From positions 29,946,001 to 30,010,000 of the forward strand of contig NC_043001.1 in NCBI RefSeq assembly GCF_006345805.1: 64,000 nt of DNA, read 5' to 3'. Positions 24,541-38,219 of the stretch are shown here, one piece after another. Numbering within the stretch: position 1 is the first letter of the stretch; each line of letters begins with the position of its first letter. This stretch comes from Octopus sinensis. Its lineage: Eukaryota. Under the pieces are notes generated by a model. That model was not told the origin of the DNA. It worked only from the letters and a program-made list of their open reading frames with translations, and searched no databases. The position numbers and the translations under genes were made by a program.

Positions 24541-26810
24541 TTAACATCCATTGTCCATGCTGGCATGGGTTGGATGGTTTGTCCAGGACACTGGAAGGCT
24601 GCACCAGACTCCAGTCTGATTTAGCATGGCACGTAAAAAGCACCATCCGTTCGTGGCCGTTGCCAGCCTTGCCTGGCCCCCGTGCCGGTGACACGTAAAA
24701 AGCACCATCCGTCCGTGGCCGTTTGCCAGCCTCGCCTGGCCCCCGTGCCGGTGACACATAAAATGCACCATCCGTCCGTGGCCGTTTGCCAGCCCCGTCT
24801 GGCACCTGTGCGGGTGGCACGTGAAAAGCACCCACTACACTCACGGAGTGGTTGGCGTTAGGAAGGGCATCCAGCCGTAGAAACACTGCCAGATCAGACT
24901 GGGCCTAGTGCAGCCTTCTGGTTTCCCAGACCCCAGTTGAACCGTCCAACCCATGCTAGCATGGAGAGCGGACACTAAATGATGATGATCTACAGCTGGA
25001 TGCCAACCACTCATAATAAAAAATGTTCTAGCTATTGCTTTTCCATTTTCTTTCAGTTATAGTGTATTTAAGATATAATGATATGTTAAATACACTATAA
25101 TAATAATATCTGTGGTATATAATAATATTTGTAGTATAATAAGACTGAAATAATTGACTGTGTTCCCCAAGCCCTAGAAATTGTTTTGTTTTGTCCCTAT
25201 ATAAGAAATCTATAAAGGTGGGAAACTAGGGTTTCAGACTAGAAATATTTTAAGGATTAACATGAAGAAGTAATTAAGGAATGTGGCAGAGGGTATAAGA
25301 TTTTGAAGCATTTTTAACACCCAGTACACCAAATCACTGCCTACCAGCAAACACACAAAGCATGTACATGTGGACGATAATGATTATCACACGACCACTG
25401 CTTCTATTTTCATTCCTGAAATTCTCTATATTGATCATTACCCGCGTCGCCTTACTGGTACTTGTGCTGGTGGCATGTGAAAAAACATTTGAGCGAGGGC
25501 ATTGCCAGTGCCACTGGACTGGCTCCTGTGCAGGTGGCACATAAAAAGCACCATTTGAGCATGGCCATTGCCAGTACCGCCTGACTGGCCCTCGTGCTGG
25601 TGGCACATAAAAGCACCCACGACACTCTCAGAGTGGTTGGCATTAGGAAGGGCATCCAACTGTAGAAACTCTGCCAGATCAGATTGGTAGCTGGTGCAGC
25701 CATCTGGTTCGCCAGACCTCAGTCAAATCGTCCAACCCATGCTAGCATGGAATGGGGACTTTAAAAGATGATGATGATGATGTTTTGTAGCGTCAGTAAA
25801 CTCTAAAACTTGCCATTTTACTTTAACCTGAAACGTTAGTGAACGTCCTCTCTGCACTGTTTGGGTGCAAGAAGCAATCACTATCCGTTGCTTTTTAATA
25901 ATCCAGATTCTACCAGTCAGAAACAACAAGACGCAAACGTAAAAAATATATATCTACTTTATTCTCTTATGACAGTAACAAATAAGTGGTGTATCTGGTA
26001 TCCCTTTGGTATGTATGTGTCAGAGCTGAACTTTATCGCTGTAGAATTTACAGTATTCAAATGCAAACGACACTGGTCAAGATGGCGTCCGATTAGGGAG
26101 AAGATGATGTGGTCGGCAACAAATGCTGGTAAAAGTTTTGGTAAAGGCTGCTGCTATAATCAAGTCCGGAGAGAGAAAGAATTACACGTCTGTTGCCTTC
26201 AGTCGTCGTGTCTCAAGTCACTGCCTGCTGCTGCTGTATCTCCCAGACCCTTTTAAGGTTCACGCTCCCTTGGCCCAACAAGCCAAACACCACGTCAGCA
26301 AATTCCCTCTTCCGGTCCCTCCGCATGCGCGAAACAGAAAGGGGGCGGTGCGCGCGCGCGCCGTTGTACAGGATCACTACAAACCAATTCATCTTTTTTT
26401 TTTTTACCTTTTTATCTGTCATGAGTGAGAGGCTTTATTTAGATATGGATATCTGTATATCTCTGGAATAATATCCTTCCTTATCATTGCCACTAATTTA
26501 TGAAGTATGAGTGGAACCTGTTGACTGCTTGGTCTTTGCTTAACTGGTCGATGTAAAAATTTGAACTCGCTGCCATACAGGATCCTCAAATTTTAATAAA
26601 AGCTGTTAAAATTAATTCATTAATATAAATTTGATTGTTAATTTTTCTTAGTGAGTTTATGCTTGACATGTTTTGTCTTTATCTATCTATTTTAACTTGT
26701 CATTTAATAGGACATGTATGATGTCTTCCTGAAATGGTTCCATCACAAAAACAGAGAATTAGCAAATCATGGACAATGGGCAATGGAAGCTTTTATATAT
26801 CAAGTAAGTT

Positions 26811-26841
<31 letters not shown>

Positions 26842-27639
26842 ACAGGAAGGTTTACGAAAATAAACAAAAGACGAAGGCAGGTGGAGTACAAACAAACAAA
26901 TGTATTAGTATGGCGCTCAGGAATAGAAATAGAACAAGTCTTTTATGTTTAGAGCCTACGCTCTTCGACAGAAAGATACACAGAAAAAAACAAGGAGAGA
27001 AAAAATATGTGTGTAGGAGCTAACGATCTATCATGGCGTTCTGACTTCAGGCAGAGGTCAGACGCTAGAAGGACAGTAGGGGAGATAACAGGGTCAAGTG
27101 ACTTCTAAAACGAAGGTGTCCCCAACACAAAGGTGCGTGTGTGTATAAGAGAGCATGTATGTGGGTGTGAAAGAGGGCTGGTGGTCTGGACGTGTGTATG
27201 TATGTATGTGTGGGTGTGGAGATGTGGGGATGGGTGTGTGGGTGGTGTGTTGTGATGTGATATGTGTATGTATGTGTAGGTGTAAAGATGTGGGGATGGG
27301 TGTGTGGGCGGTGTGCTGTGGGTGGTGTGTTGTGATGTGATGTGTAATGTATTGTTGTATTGTGTATATATATATAATTATTATTTGAGGGAATAAAATC
27401 CAAACTTACAAGGAAAAAGAATTCAATTTAGAAATACTAAATCAAATTCCACACACTATAATATATATATATATAAAATATTTAAAAAAAAACACCTTTT
27501 ATCAATTCAAAATGAATAATTAAATTACACCATCTAGAAAATTACATATAATAGAAAAGTTAAAATTAAAATAACAATTAAAAAGTAAAGATTAAGTAAA
27601 TTACAAGAATAATATAATGTATATAATATGTAGAAAAAC

Positions 27640-27670
<31 letters not shown>

Positions 27671-30600
27671 TATAGGGTAAAGAATTATTAATTTAATGAT
27701 TAACAAATTTTACCAAGTAGTTTTGGTATGGAAAGAGAACCATTATCGGTAGAAACTTTTACAAAAAAATTTTTTATATAATTAAATATAATTAAGGGTT
27801 AAGCAACAAGTTGCTTCACCACATACTGAAAATTTAGAAATAGCAGCCAAAGACAGCTCATTCCTTATATATATATTAGAGGGTTCCCTCTAATATATAT
27901 ATAATACAGTTTTACTGAACTTTCAGTTTTTTTTTTTATGCTAGACCACTGGTGTGAAATCGATGTTAATTAAATTAATATCTAATTCTCACCCTTATTT
28001 TAAATATATATATATATATATATATATATACTCTGCTGGATGTGTAATGACAGTGTGTATACACAACAGAATGTAAGCACCTTGAGAGAAAATTTGGACA
28101 GAAGAAGCATCAGATGTGGTGTGCAAGAGAGATGAATGCGCTGGTATGGTCATGTGGTGTGTATGGATGAGGACAGCTGTGTGAAAAAGTGTCACACCCT
28201 AGCAGTAGAGGAAACCTGTAGAAGAAATAGATCCAGGAAGACCTTGGATGAGGTGATGAAGCATGACCTTCAACTGTTAGGTTTCACCAAGGCGATGACA
28301 TGTGACCAAGACCTTTTGAGATATGCTGTGCTTGAGAAGACCCAGCAAGCCAAGTGAGTCTGTGACTGTGGCCTATTCCAGTGCAGCATAACCAGCCCAT
28401 TTATGAGTACCCTTCAATCATTGGACAATAAACTGCTCTTGCAAAGACCTGTTGAGGCAAGTGAAGTCATTATCATGGCCAATGACAGTACTGCCTGATT
28501 GGCACTCATGCCAGTTGCACATAAAAAGCACCATTCCAGCATGATCGTTGCCAGTGCTGCCTGACTTGTTCCCGTACCCGTGGCATGTAAAAAGCACCAT
28601 CCCAGCATGGTCATTGCCAGTGCCGCCTGACTGGCTCCCTTGCCAGTGGCACGTAAAAAGCATCCACTACACTCTCGGAGTGTTTGGCATTAGGAAGGGA
28701 ATCCAGCTGTAGAAACATGGCCAGATCGGATTGGAGCCTGGTGCTGTCTTCTGGCTTGCCAGCCCTCAGTCAAACCATCCAACTCCTATCAGTATGGAAA
28801 GCAGACATTAAACGACGATGACAATGATATATATATATATATATGTAGGGATGTGGGATTTTTTAAGTAACTTATCATATTCCTGAAATATAAAGCTAAT
28901 ATCTACAACAATCTGTTAGTAGGTTGAATTCACATTGCTTAAAATCACCAAGAATAATATCATCATCATCATCACCCTAAGATTCACAAGGATAGTATTC
29001 CATTAATACTCATAGTGAGTGATAGAGGTTTGGCATGTCATCCGCTGAGGTTTCTTGTTTTGCAAGCTATTTGGTAGCCTCTCTAGTGCCAGTACCATAT
29101 AAAAATCACCCAGTACACTTGGTCAAGTGGTTGGCATTAGGAAGGATATCCAGCTGTAAAAACTATACCAAAACAGACATTGGAGCTTGATGCAATCCTC
29201 TGGTTTGTTAGCTCCTGTTAAACCATCAAACCCATGCCAGCTCAGAAAACAGACATTAAATAAAGATGATGATAGTCTGTCAGGTAATAAACAGTGTTTT
29301 TAGTGGGTAAGAGAAAAGAAATCTCTAAGTGAAATAACTTTTGGTTTCAATTGGGAAAGAAATGATGCTTATAGACTCACTTCATCAAGAACCTGTTAGG
29401 AAAATATCACTTTGAATACAGAATGTTCATTATTCAGTTTTCAAATCATCATCATCATCATCATCATTTAACGTCTGCTTTCCATGCTAGCATGGGTTGG
29501 ATGATTTGACTGAGGGCTGGCGAACCAGATGGCTGCACCAGGCTTCAATCTTGATCTGGCATAGTTTCTACAGCTGGATGCCCTTCCTAACGCTAACCAC
29601 TCTGAGAGTGTAATGAGTGCTTTTACGGGCCAGTCAGGTGGTACTGGCAATGACCTCGCTCGAATCTTTTACACATGCCACCAGTACAGGTGCCAGTAAG
29701 GCAATGCTGGTAACAATCACGCTCGAATGGTGCCTTTTACGTTCCCCCGGCACAGAGGCCACATAGCCACTCTGGCAACGATCACGCTCGGATGGAGCTC
29801 TTAACACCCTACTAGCACGGGGCTCAAGTGCCAGTAAGGCGACGCTGGTAACGATCACACTCAAATGGTGCCTTTTATGTGCCTCTGGCATGGAAGCCAG
29901 TTAGCCGCTCTGTCAGCGATCACCTGATTTTATTTATTTTTCATTCTATATATTTCAGATTTCACAAGCAATTGTTGAAGATGAAGATGCTCTTCAAAAG
30001 AATATGTTTGAGGTAAACACCTACTTAGTCATTCCATCCTATAGTTTTTTACTATATCACAAAGTCTGACTCACTCTCATTCCATATTGACTTGTTGCTC
30101 TTTGTTGTTAACTCTCACTTTTTAATCTATATATATAAAGCTGAAGTTGTCTGTGTATGACAGGTTTGGTAGCCTTCAACTAACGCTCTCCTCCAAGACC
30201 CTGTGGCGCAAGTTGACCAAAATTGAGAGTATGATAGAAGAAGGCTTTGCTCTTCCTTCCATAGAAGAAAAAATTCAAATCGGACCATGTTAACACCAAA
30301 AATTATTTACATCAAAAAGGTCCTTTTTTTCTATGAAAATCCCTATTTTTTACGATTTTTTAACTGCTGTGTCACCATTTTTCAGTGTATTTGAACCATG
30401 AAAATGTTCACTTAAAGAGAATAACAAACTACATAATGCAATTTTTTTACTTTTCAAAACTACCAATTCTAAAGGGTCAAAACAAACCCGAGCAACGCCA
30501 GGCGATACTGCTAGTTCAACAATAAATCAATCATGAGATGTATTGCTACAACTTATGAGTTAAGAAATATTGATGACTGTACAATGCATATGGACAGATT

Positions 30601-33600
30601 TCTTTTTACAATAGTCTTGAAGTGGAGGATAAACAACTAGCATTCCTAACTTTGACCATCCCATCTTATTTTAAAAAATAATAATAATAATAATGAAATT
30701 ATTGTATACAGTGCTCAGGTGCACCACAACTTGTCAAAATTGCGTATAAAGCATATGCAGTAATGTACAAATGTCTGGAAAGTGAATGAGGGGAGAAAAT
30801 CAGGTGTAGTGTTGGCGAATCTCAGGAAGCATGGAAGTTTTGAAGGATGCAGTGCTCCGACAACTAACAACTGATGCTGGCAGTTTGTTCCATACTTCAG
30901 CAACTCTTAGCATGAAAAAATGTTTCCGAAAGTCATGGGAGCTGTGCTGTTTTCTGACAGTATTTTCTAACAGTATTTCCAGGACCATTATTATCCATTA
31001 TCATTCCTTTTTTACAGTGGTAAAGTGAAATTTGAGAGGAATTTAACTGCTGTTTTAGCACATCAAGCAACCACATTGAAGCTCCATTGGTAGTTTTCAT
31101 CTTCTGAGCTAGTAATGTTGATCTAAGTTCTTAATTGATGACAGAACTACTGAGAGGACAGCTTAAAATGACAAAGTTTGGTTGCTTTATTATCATCATC
31201 ATCTTATGTTTGTTTTTCTTTGTTGTCATGGGTTGGACAGTATCTCGCACTTATCACACTTCATCCTCTGGCACACTAATGGAGCATACGATCAATCTTT
31301 GATATTGTGTATGCTATAATTTTCACAGATGAAATGTTCCACAGAAGCGGGTTGCAGTCTGGGGAATTAGGTAGCTAGATGTTACAGATGATGTGGTTGC
31401 AGAAATTGTTTGACAGCCATGATAGGGTTCTCCTGCTTGTGTGGCATGATGCAGAGCCTTGTTGCCAGACAGGATCTTCCAGCAGCCCCCTCTTGACCCA
31501 GGTTAGCACTACATCCTCCAGGCATTTGATGTAGATCTTCATGTTGAGTCTGAGGCCATGTTGGAAGATGAATGGAGACATAATGCCACCATCACTAGTG
31601 ATCACTCCAAACACCATGATGTTGACTGGATGTTTGAATGTTATCACTCTCGGTACATGTTTTGGGGACACAGCAAGCCAACGATTGTTTTGTGTGTTTA
31701 CCATCTATTCATATTGGCCCTTCCAACATGAATGCCAAGCAGCACAGCATGTCATTTCCAAATTTCTGGCTGAGTGAATTGTGTCATGGTGGTCTTTTTC
31801 TCACAGATGATGCCCAACTGACCCTACTATACTGTGTAGTCAACAAAATCAAAAACAATGCACATGGGTGAAATTAGAAACGCCAAGTAGATAACTAGCT
31901 TACTTTGTGATCATGAGTACACTAAACCTCACATGTACATATGCTCATGCTTTTGCAGATGTTTGTATGAGCGAGTGTACTCACACTATGTAACTGTTGT
32001 TATGTCCTGTTATTTGTATTTGTATAACATTCTCTGTTTTTTTTCCGTCCTTATTTTCGTATACATTCGCTGCTTTCTTCCAAGGAATCTAATGCTCTTA
32101 GCTTAGTATTTCCTTGGGGCTAGCCAGATTGAAGCAATCTCAAGTATAACCAGTCAGAACTGCAAAGATAATCTGGAACTCAACTGAGGAAAGAAAACTC
32201 CAAATGACCCGGCCTTGTTTTCTTTGTATCGTCTATCTGGATGTTTTGTTGTCCCTTTTTGTATCACCTAACTGTCTGGATGTTTTGCGTTCTTGTCCCA
32301 TTTTGTATGTTATATATATATATACACACACACATATATATGACCACTTGCATTAATAATGCTGTTGAAATAAGCAAAAATTACAATTTCTTGTTTGCGC
32401 CTCCTTTTTAAATCTCAAATCATCTCATATTTCTATTTATTTATTTCAGTTCTTTCTCGAGAAGTCAAATGTCATTATAAAAAATAAAGATTCTACAAAG
32501 AAGGAAATTGATGTAGCCATTAAATGCTTTGGCTTACTAGCTGGTGTAAGTATTTTTTTTACATTTCAATTCTTTATATTTATCTTTGTATGTTGAAATA
32601 AGTATTCTGTGAGCCAGTTTAAATTGTAAGTATTAATAATATCAAAAATAATAACTTATAATCCCAATATCATTATCCACCCATTACAGAGAAACTTTCT
32701 AATAATTTCAATTTAAACTACTTGTGTCGGTTGATAGCTGTCAGGACACTACATCTTTCTAAATTTCCATGCTTCTAGAGATTTGCAAACAGTACGTGAC
32801 AGATGCCAGCGCTGCCTGACTGGCTTCCATGCCGGTGACACGTAAAAGCACCAACCGATCATGGCTGTTTGCCAACCTCCACTGGCCCCTGTGCCAGTGG
32901 CACGTAAAAAGCACCCATTACACTCTTAGAGTGGTTGGCGTTAGGAAGGGCATCCAGCTTTAGAAACACTGCCAGATAAGACTGGAGCCTGGTGCAGCCT
33001 CCTGGCTTCCCAGACCCCGGTCGAACCGTCCAACCCATGCTAGCATGGAAAACAGACGTTAAACGATGATGATGATGATACACTGAATGCCCTACTTCCC
33101 ACCTTTTTTTAAATGACTCATTCACTGTGCACTTCCTCTGCATTATTCTATGTACCATTCATGCACTTTTGATTTCTTTTTCTGGTGAGCTGTAGTAATC
33201 CTGACCACTCTGTATACAATAAGCAGGAAGGCAGACAAATCACAAATCCCTTCAGGTAGATGACCCTGCTCAATCTGTAGAAAAGGCATAGGTAGAAACT
33301 CCATAAGGTGTACCTAGTGTAAGCTATGGACACATTAGAGGTGCAGCAATATCATAGGAAGGTTAACTGGGAAGATAGCTTTTATGGCAGATGCATGGGC
33401 AATAAACACTGAAAATGTGAAGCAAACAGATTCCATCACATGCCAAGGGGTAAAAATAGAAGTTGTTGAAAGCTTCCATTATCTAGGTGACTAAGTCAGT
33501 AGCAGGGGTGGATGCTCTGAGTGCGTAGCTGCTAGAATAAGAATAGCCTGGGCAAAGATCAGAGAGCTCTTACCTCTGCTGGTGACAAAGGGCCTCTCGC

Positions 33601-36600
33601 TCAGAGTAAAAGGTAAATTGTCCAACGCATGTTTACGAACAGCCATGCTACATGGCAGTGAAACATGGGCCGTGACTGCTGAGGACATGTGTAAGTTTGC
33701 GAGGAATGAAGCCAGTATGATCCAATGGATGTGTAATGTCAGTGTGCATAGTCGGCAGAGTATTAGTACCTTGAGAGGAAAGTTGGACCTAAGAAGCATC
33801 AGATGTGGTGTGCAAGAGAGACGACTGTGCTGGTATGGTCATGTGGCGAGATTGGATGAGGATAGCTTTGTGAAAAAGTGCTACACCCTAGGAGTTGAGA
33901 GAACCTGTGAAAGAGGTAGACCCAGGAAGGCCTGGGATGAGGTGGTGAAGTATGACCTTCGAACATTGGACCTCACCGAGGCAATGACTAGTGACCGAGA
34001 CCTTTGGAAATATGCTGTGCTTGAGAAAACTTGGCAAGCGCAAGTGAGACCATAACCTTGTGGCCTATGCCAGGAGTGTAACCAGTTCACTTATGTGTAC
34101 CTTTCCTTCATTGGACACTAAACTCTGCTTGCGAAGACCTGTTGAGGCAAGTGAAATCGAAATTGAAATCAAATTCAATGACTGGCATCCACGCTAGTGG
34201 TGCGCTAAGAGCCTGTTGCATCTCTCTGGCTTTCCAGCTCCTGTCAAACCATCCAACCCATGCCAGCATGGAAGACAGACATTAAATGATGATGATGATA
34301 TATATACGCACACATATGTATACATGCAGACATACATATAATGTCAGCAGTGATATATGAATTAACTTGTTTGGTGACAGCAAATAGTGAAAGTAAAAGA
34401 AACATCCTTTTGTCGATATTAAAGTATAAAGGAAGATGGCAAGCTGGCAGAATCATTAGCACACCGGGCAAAATGCTTGACGGTATTTCGTCTGCCGTTA
34501 CGTTCTGAGTTCAAATTCCACCGAGGTCGACTTTGCCTTTCATCTTTTTGGGGTCGATAAATTAAGTACCAGTTACGCACTGGGGTCGATATAATCGACT
34601 TAATCCATTTGTCTGTCCTTGATTGTCCTCTCTGTGTTTAGCCCCTTGTGGTAGTAAAGAAATAAGTATTTTGCCCGTAACTACATTCTGAGTTCAAATT
34701 CCACTGAGGTCAGCTTTACCTTTCAACCTTTCGGGGTTGATAAATTAAGTACCAGTGAAACACTGGGGTCAATGTAATCGACTTACTCTTCCCCAAAAAT
34801 TCCAGGCCTTGTGCCTACAGCTGAAACCATTTTAAATTATAAAGGTACACTTTTTTTTATTATTATATCTTTCCTTTTTCAGCCTTGTAAGAAATTCCAC
34901 ACACAAGATGATGTCAACTTTATGTTTCGAGAGATGTTAGAACATAGTAAACATCTGTTTGAAAAGTAAGTTAATTTATCTATTCTTTCTTATTTAGATT
35001 CATCTACTTCAGTTGTATCCTAAAAGCCTTTTTGTAATTTTTGTTTAAGAAAAAAAGTTTAAAAAAAAAAAACATACCAAATTATTGTTCTAAAATATAC
35101 AATACTCAATCAATTAGAATTAACATTTAAGCACCATCCGATCGTGGCCGTTGCCAGCCTCGCCTCGCCTCCATGCCAGTGGCACGTAAAAAGCACCATC
35201 CGATCGTGGCCGTTTGCCAGCCTCGTCTGGCACGTAAAAAGCACCCACTACACTCATGAAGTGGTTGGCGTTAGGAAGGGCATCCAGCCATATAAACATT
35301 GCTAGATCAGACTGGGCCTGGTGCAACCTTCTGGCTTCCCAGACCCCAGTTGAACTGTCCAACCCATGCCAGCATGGAAAGCGGACACTAAACGATGATG
35401 ATCATCATCATTGGATATATTATATATATTTACAGTACACACTTACATATTAGGATATTTGATATTTTCTGAATTTTCCATTTTCCATAATGTGTATTGT
35501 CCTTCTGTCTACTGTTTCTTCATTAATATTCTGCTGTTGAGCACTGAGTCATCTCCTACCCTCACCCTTTCATTGCTCTTGGGCTTCACTCAGTCACTCC
35601 CACCTTCACTTCTACTCTTGCCCCGTCTCTCATACTTTTACCAATTTTTGGCTCCCCATCTTTCAGCATAAAGTTGCCCTTTGAGGTTCCATAGTCTTTC
35701 AAAATGCATGATAGCCTCACTAGTGCCGGTAGCACGAAAAAGACTCCCAGTACACACTTTAAAGTTGTTGACATTAAGGACATCCAGCTGTGGAATCCTT
35801 GTCAAAGAAGACACTGGGACTCAATGTAGTCTTTGGGCCCATAGGATCTTGCCAAATCATCCAACCTGTACCAGCATAGAACATAAATGTGAAATGTTGA
35901 TGAGGATATTAGTGGCTGTGACATTAGCTCATTTTGTTGCTATCTCAAGTATATAATTAAGAAGATTGGCCGCTGCCAGCACCACCTCGACTGGCGGTGG
36001 CATGTAAAAAGCACCAACCGATTGTGGCCGTTTACCAGCCTTGCCTGGCACCTGTGCTGGTGGCACGTAAAAAGCACCCACTACACTCACGAAGTAGTTG
36101 GCATTAGGAAGAGCATCCAGCTGTAGAAACACTGCTAGATCAGACTGGTCCTGGTGCAGCCTCCTGGCTTCCCAGGCCCTGGTCGAACCATCCAACCCAT
36201 GCTAGCATGGAAAGCGGACGTTAAACGATGATGATTATTACTTATTGTTTTTACAGTCATTAGTATACTTATTCAGTAACTATCTTGTTTTTTTTTTGTC
36301 ACCAAATATTAAACTCATTATATAATATGGAACATCTATAAAAGTAAATTTTTTTTAAAAAATTTTTTCTCACTCATTTCCTGTTTTTGCGGACACTTTT
36401 CTATGCTTGCATAGGTCAGATGGAATTCACCGAGGCAGATTTTCTGTGCCCAGATGCCCTTTCTATTACTTGCCATCACCTATTTCCAAATAAGATATTT
36501 TCCATAATTCTTTGAACACACACAGCTGAATGACAGTTGTATTTCCATGGAATATTGCAGACAACCAACACCAATTTTGAATGCTAGTGATTTTAGCAAA

Positions 36601-37972
36601 GAGCTTAAGTAGTTAAGTTACTGAAATACTGACCACATGGTCAAGATTTCAAATCTTACTACAACAGGTTGTTATGTTCTACTCTTGAGGGATACATTCC
36701 TCCACCAATGTTGGCTCACTATGAGCATAAAGAGCATCTTGCTACAAAAAAATGAATATATATATATATGAATAGTAGCTCTAACAATATACATGTATCA
36801 AAAAGAGAGAAACTATTTTATTCATGCTAGTATGGAAAAAATAAATGACTATTAATTAGCTCTTTTGTTAACATAAATAAATGCGCCCTTTTAAAGCCTA
36901 GCCAATCTCATGGGCCAGGTTTCCCGGTTTCTATGGCGTATGTGTTCCCCAGCTGGATGGGACACCAGTCCATTGGAGAAAATAAATGCACCCTTTTTAA
37001 AGCCTAGCCAGGCTCATGGGCCCGGTTTCCTGGTTTCTATGGCGTATGTGTTCCCCAGCTGGACAGGATGCCAGTCCATTGGAGAAAATAAATGCGCCCT
37101 TTTTAAAGCTTAGCCAGGCTCATGGGCCCGGTTTCCTGGTTTCTATGGCGTATGTGTTCCCCAACTGGACGGGACGCCAGTCTATCACAGCGTTACTCAT
37201 TTTTGCCAGCTGAGTGGACTTGAGCAATGGGAAATGAAGTGTTTTGCTCAAGAAAACAATGTGTCGCCCAGTCCAGGAATCGAAACCACAATCTTACAAT
37301 CATGATGCTGACACCCTAACCACTATGCCATGCGCCTCCACCTTTTGTTAACATATTCCTGTTAAAATACATTGCCTTTGTTTCAATTAATTTTGTAAAT
37401 AATGAGAAAAACTGCTGGCCTTGTGCAAAAATTTGAAACCATTATTAAATTGTTGTTGCCACTTTTGTTAACATATTCCTGTTAAAATACATTGCCTTTG
37501 TTTCAATTAATTTTGTAAATAATGAGGAAAACTGCTGGCCTTGTGCAAAAATTTGAAACCATTATTAAATTGTTGTTGCCACTTCAACAGGACTGTTCTG
37601 TTCAAACCAACTTTACTACCATGTTTTAACCCAAAGGGGACACCTTCTCTAGCTGATTATTGATACACTTGCAAACCAGCTAGAGAAGGCATCCTCTTGG
37701 GGTTAACAATTGGTATTAACGTTGGTTCATACAGAACAGCCATGTTGAAGTGGCTACACAAATTACTTCTCTTATAGAGATTTTCTAACCAGCTACTTTG
37801 CTCATTATCAAATTGATGTTTGGAATATCAAGGCGTAGGAGTGGCTGTGTGGTAAGTAGCTTGCTTACGAATCACATGGTTCCGGGTTCAGACCCATTGT
37901 GTGGCACCTTGGGCAAGTATCTTCTACTATAGCCTCAGGCCAACCAAAGCCTTGTGAGTGGATTTGGTAGAC

Positions 37973-38018
<46 letters not shown>

Positions 38019-38172
38019 GTAAAATAATATGTGACAATTATTCAATAGCCAAGATAAAACTCTGAGTTTCGGATGCCAAGGTGGAAATCCCCAACACCAT
38101 CTCTTCGGTTTCCTCTATTTACATAATATTGAGGTCTCTTTCTTTTGTTATCTTACCGTTTTTACCAATATA

Positions 38173-38219
<47 letters not shown>

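Noticed and set aside
25861-26471. Nested protein-coding gene in the CpG-rich segment
   Set aside because: The overlapping short ORFs show no recognisable homology, and the ATG in the YY1 motif stops after 4 codons; an LTR explains the layout better.
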